The position numbers and the translations under genes were made by a program. DNA of 64,000 bases from Tubulanus polymorphus (Eukaryota; Animalia; Nemertea): the NCBI RefSeq assembly GCF_964204645.1, contig NC_134025.1, positions 15,438,001 to 15,502,000 of the forward strand, read 5' to 3'. The notes beneath the pieces are model-generated. The model saw only the letters and a list, made by a program, of their open reading frames with translations, searched no databases and was not told where the DNA came from. Positions 63,714-64,000 of this stretch are shown here, in pieces. The number at the start of each line of letters is the position of its first letter. The stretch's first letter is position 1.

Positions 63714-64000
63714 TACCATTAAATATTTAAGGGCTAGGGAGAAAATAAAATAAAAACAAGGAGCCAGTGGACACATTGAGATTCGGCTTCGAAAGAAGGT
63801 AGTCATGTACTAAATAAATTGTCATGGGATGATGACATGCTTCTCATAAAAGAAGAGTGATTGACCCAACACTGGACCAAGAAACCAAAAAATTCATCGA
63901 GGGAACTTATTTGGACCAGTGCCTGCTATAATATATGAATAAACATTCAAGTTCTAGCGTTTGCACGAATTATGAATCTGGTTACACACTATCATTTTGG

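Overview
This is AT-rich eukaryotic (animal, probably marine invertebrate) genomic DNA made mostly of layered, nested transposable elements. They sit in the long introns of a minus-strand, multi-exon gene for an uncharacterised protein that may be decaying. The main elements are a degraded Polinton/adintovirus-type protein-primed DNA polymerase B (~4.1-5.6 kb); a full-length but degenerate Academ transposon (8500-15010, long TAG-starting TIRs, transposase plus XPG-like nuclease); and Helentron-type non-autonomous elements (HINEs). Also present are a non-autonomous EnSpm/CACTA element, a piggyBac remnant, a 5'-truncated CR1/L2-group LINE, an RTE-X-like LINE broken into pieces, a structurally complete DIRS1-type retrotransposon (ITRs, ICR, gag, RT, RNase H, adenine methyltransferase-like domain, deleted tyrosine recombinase), a near full-length RTE LINE and many MITEs. 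I found no rRNA, true tRNA gene, CRISPR array or prokaryotic operon. I cannot support a claim of a wholly new biological system. The best leads are a cryptic ~60-bp-arm palindrome split at its axis by two insertions and flanked by orphan coding-like DNA near the pPolB remnant, and the DIRS element with its methyltransferase domain and possible intron. All family assignments come from motif recognition by eye, not database searches.
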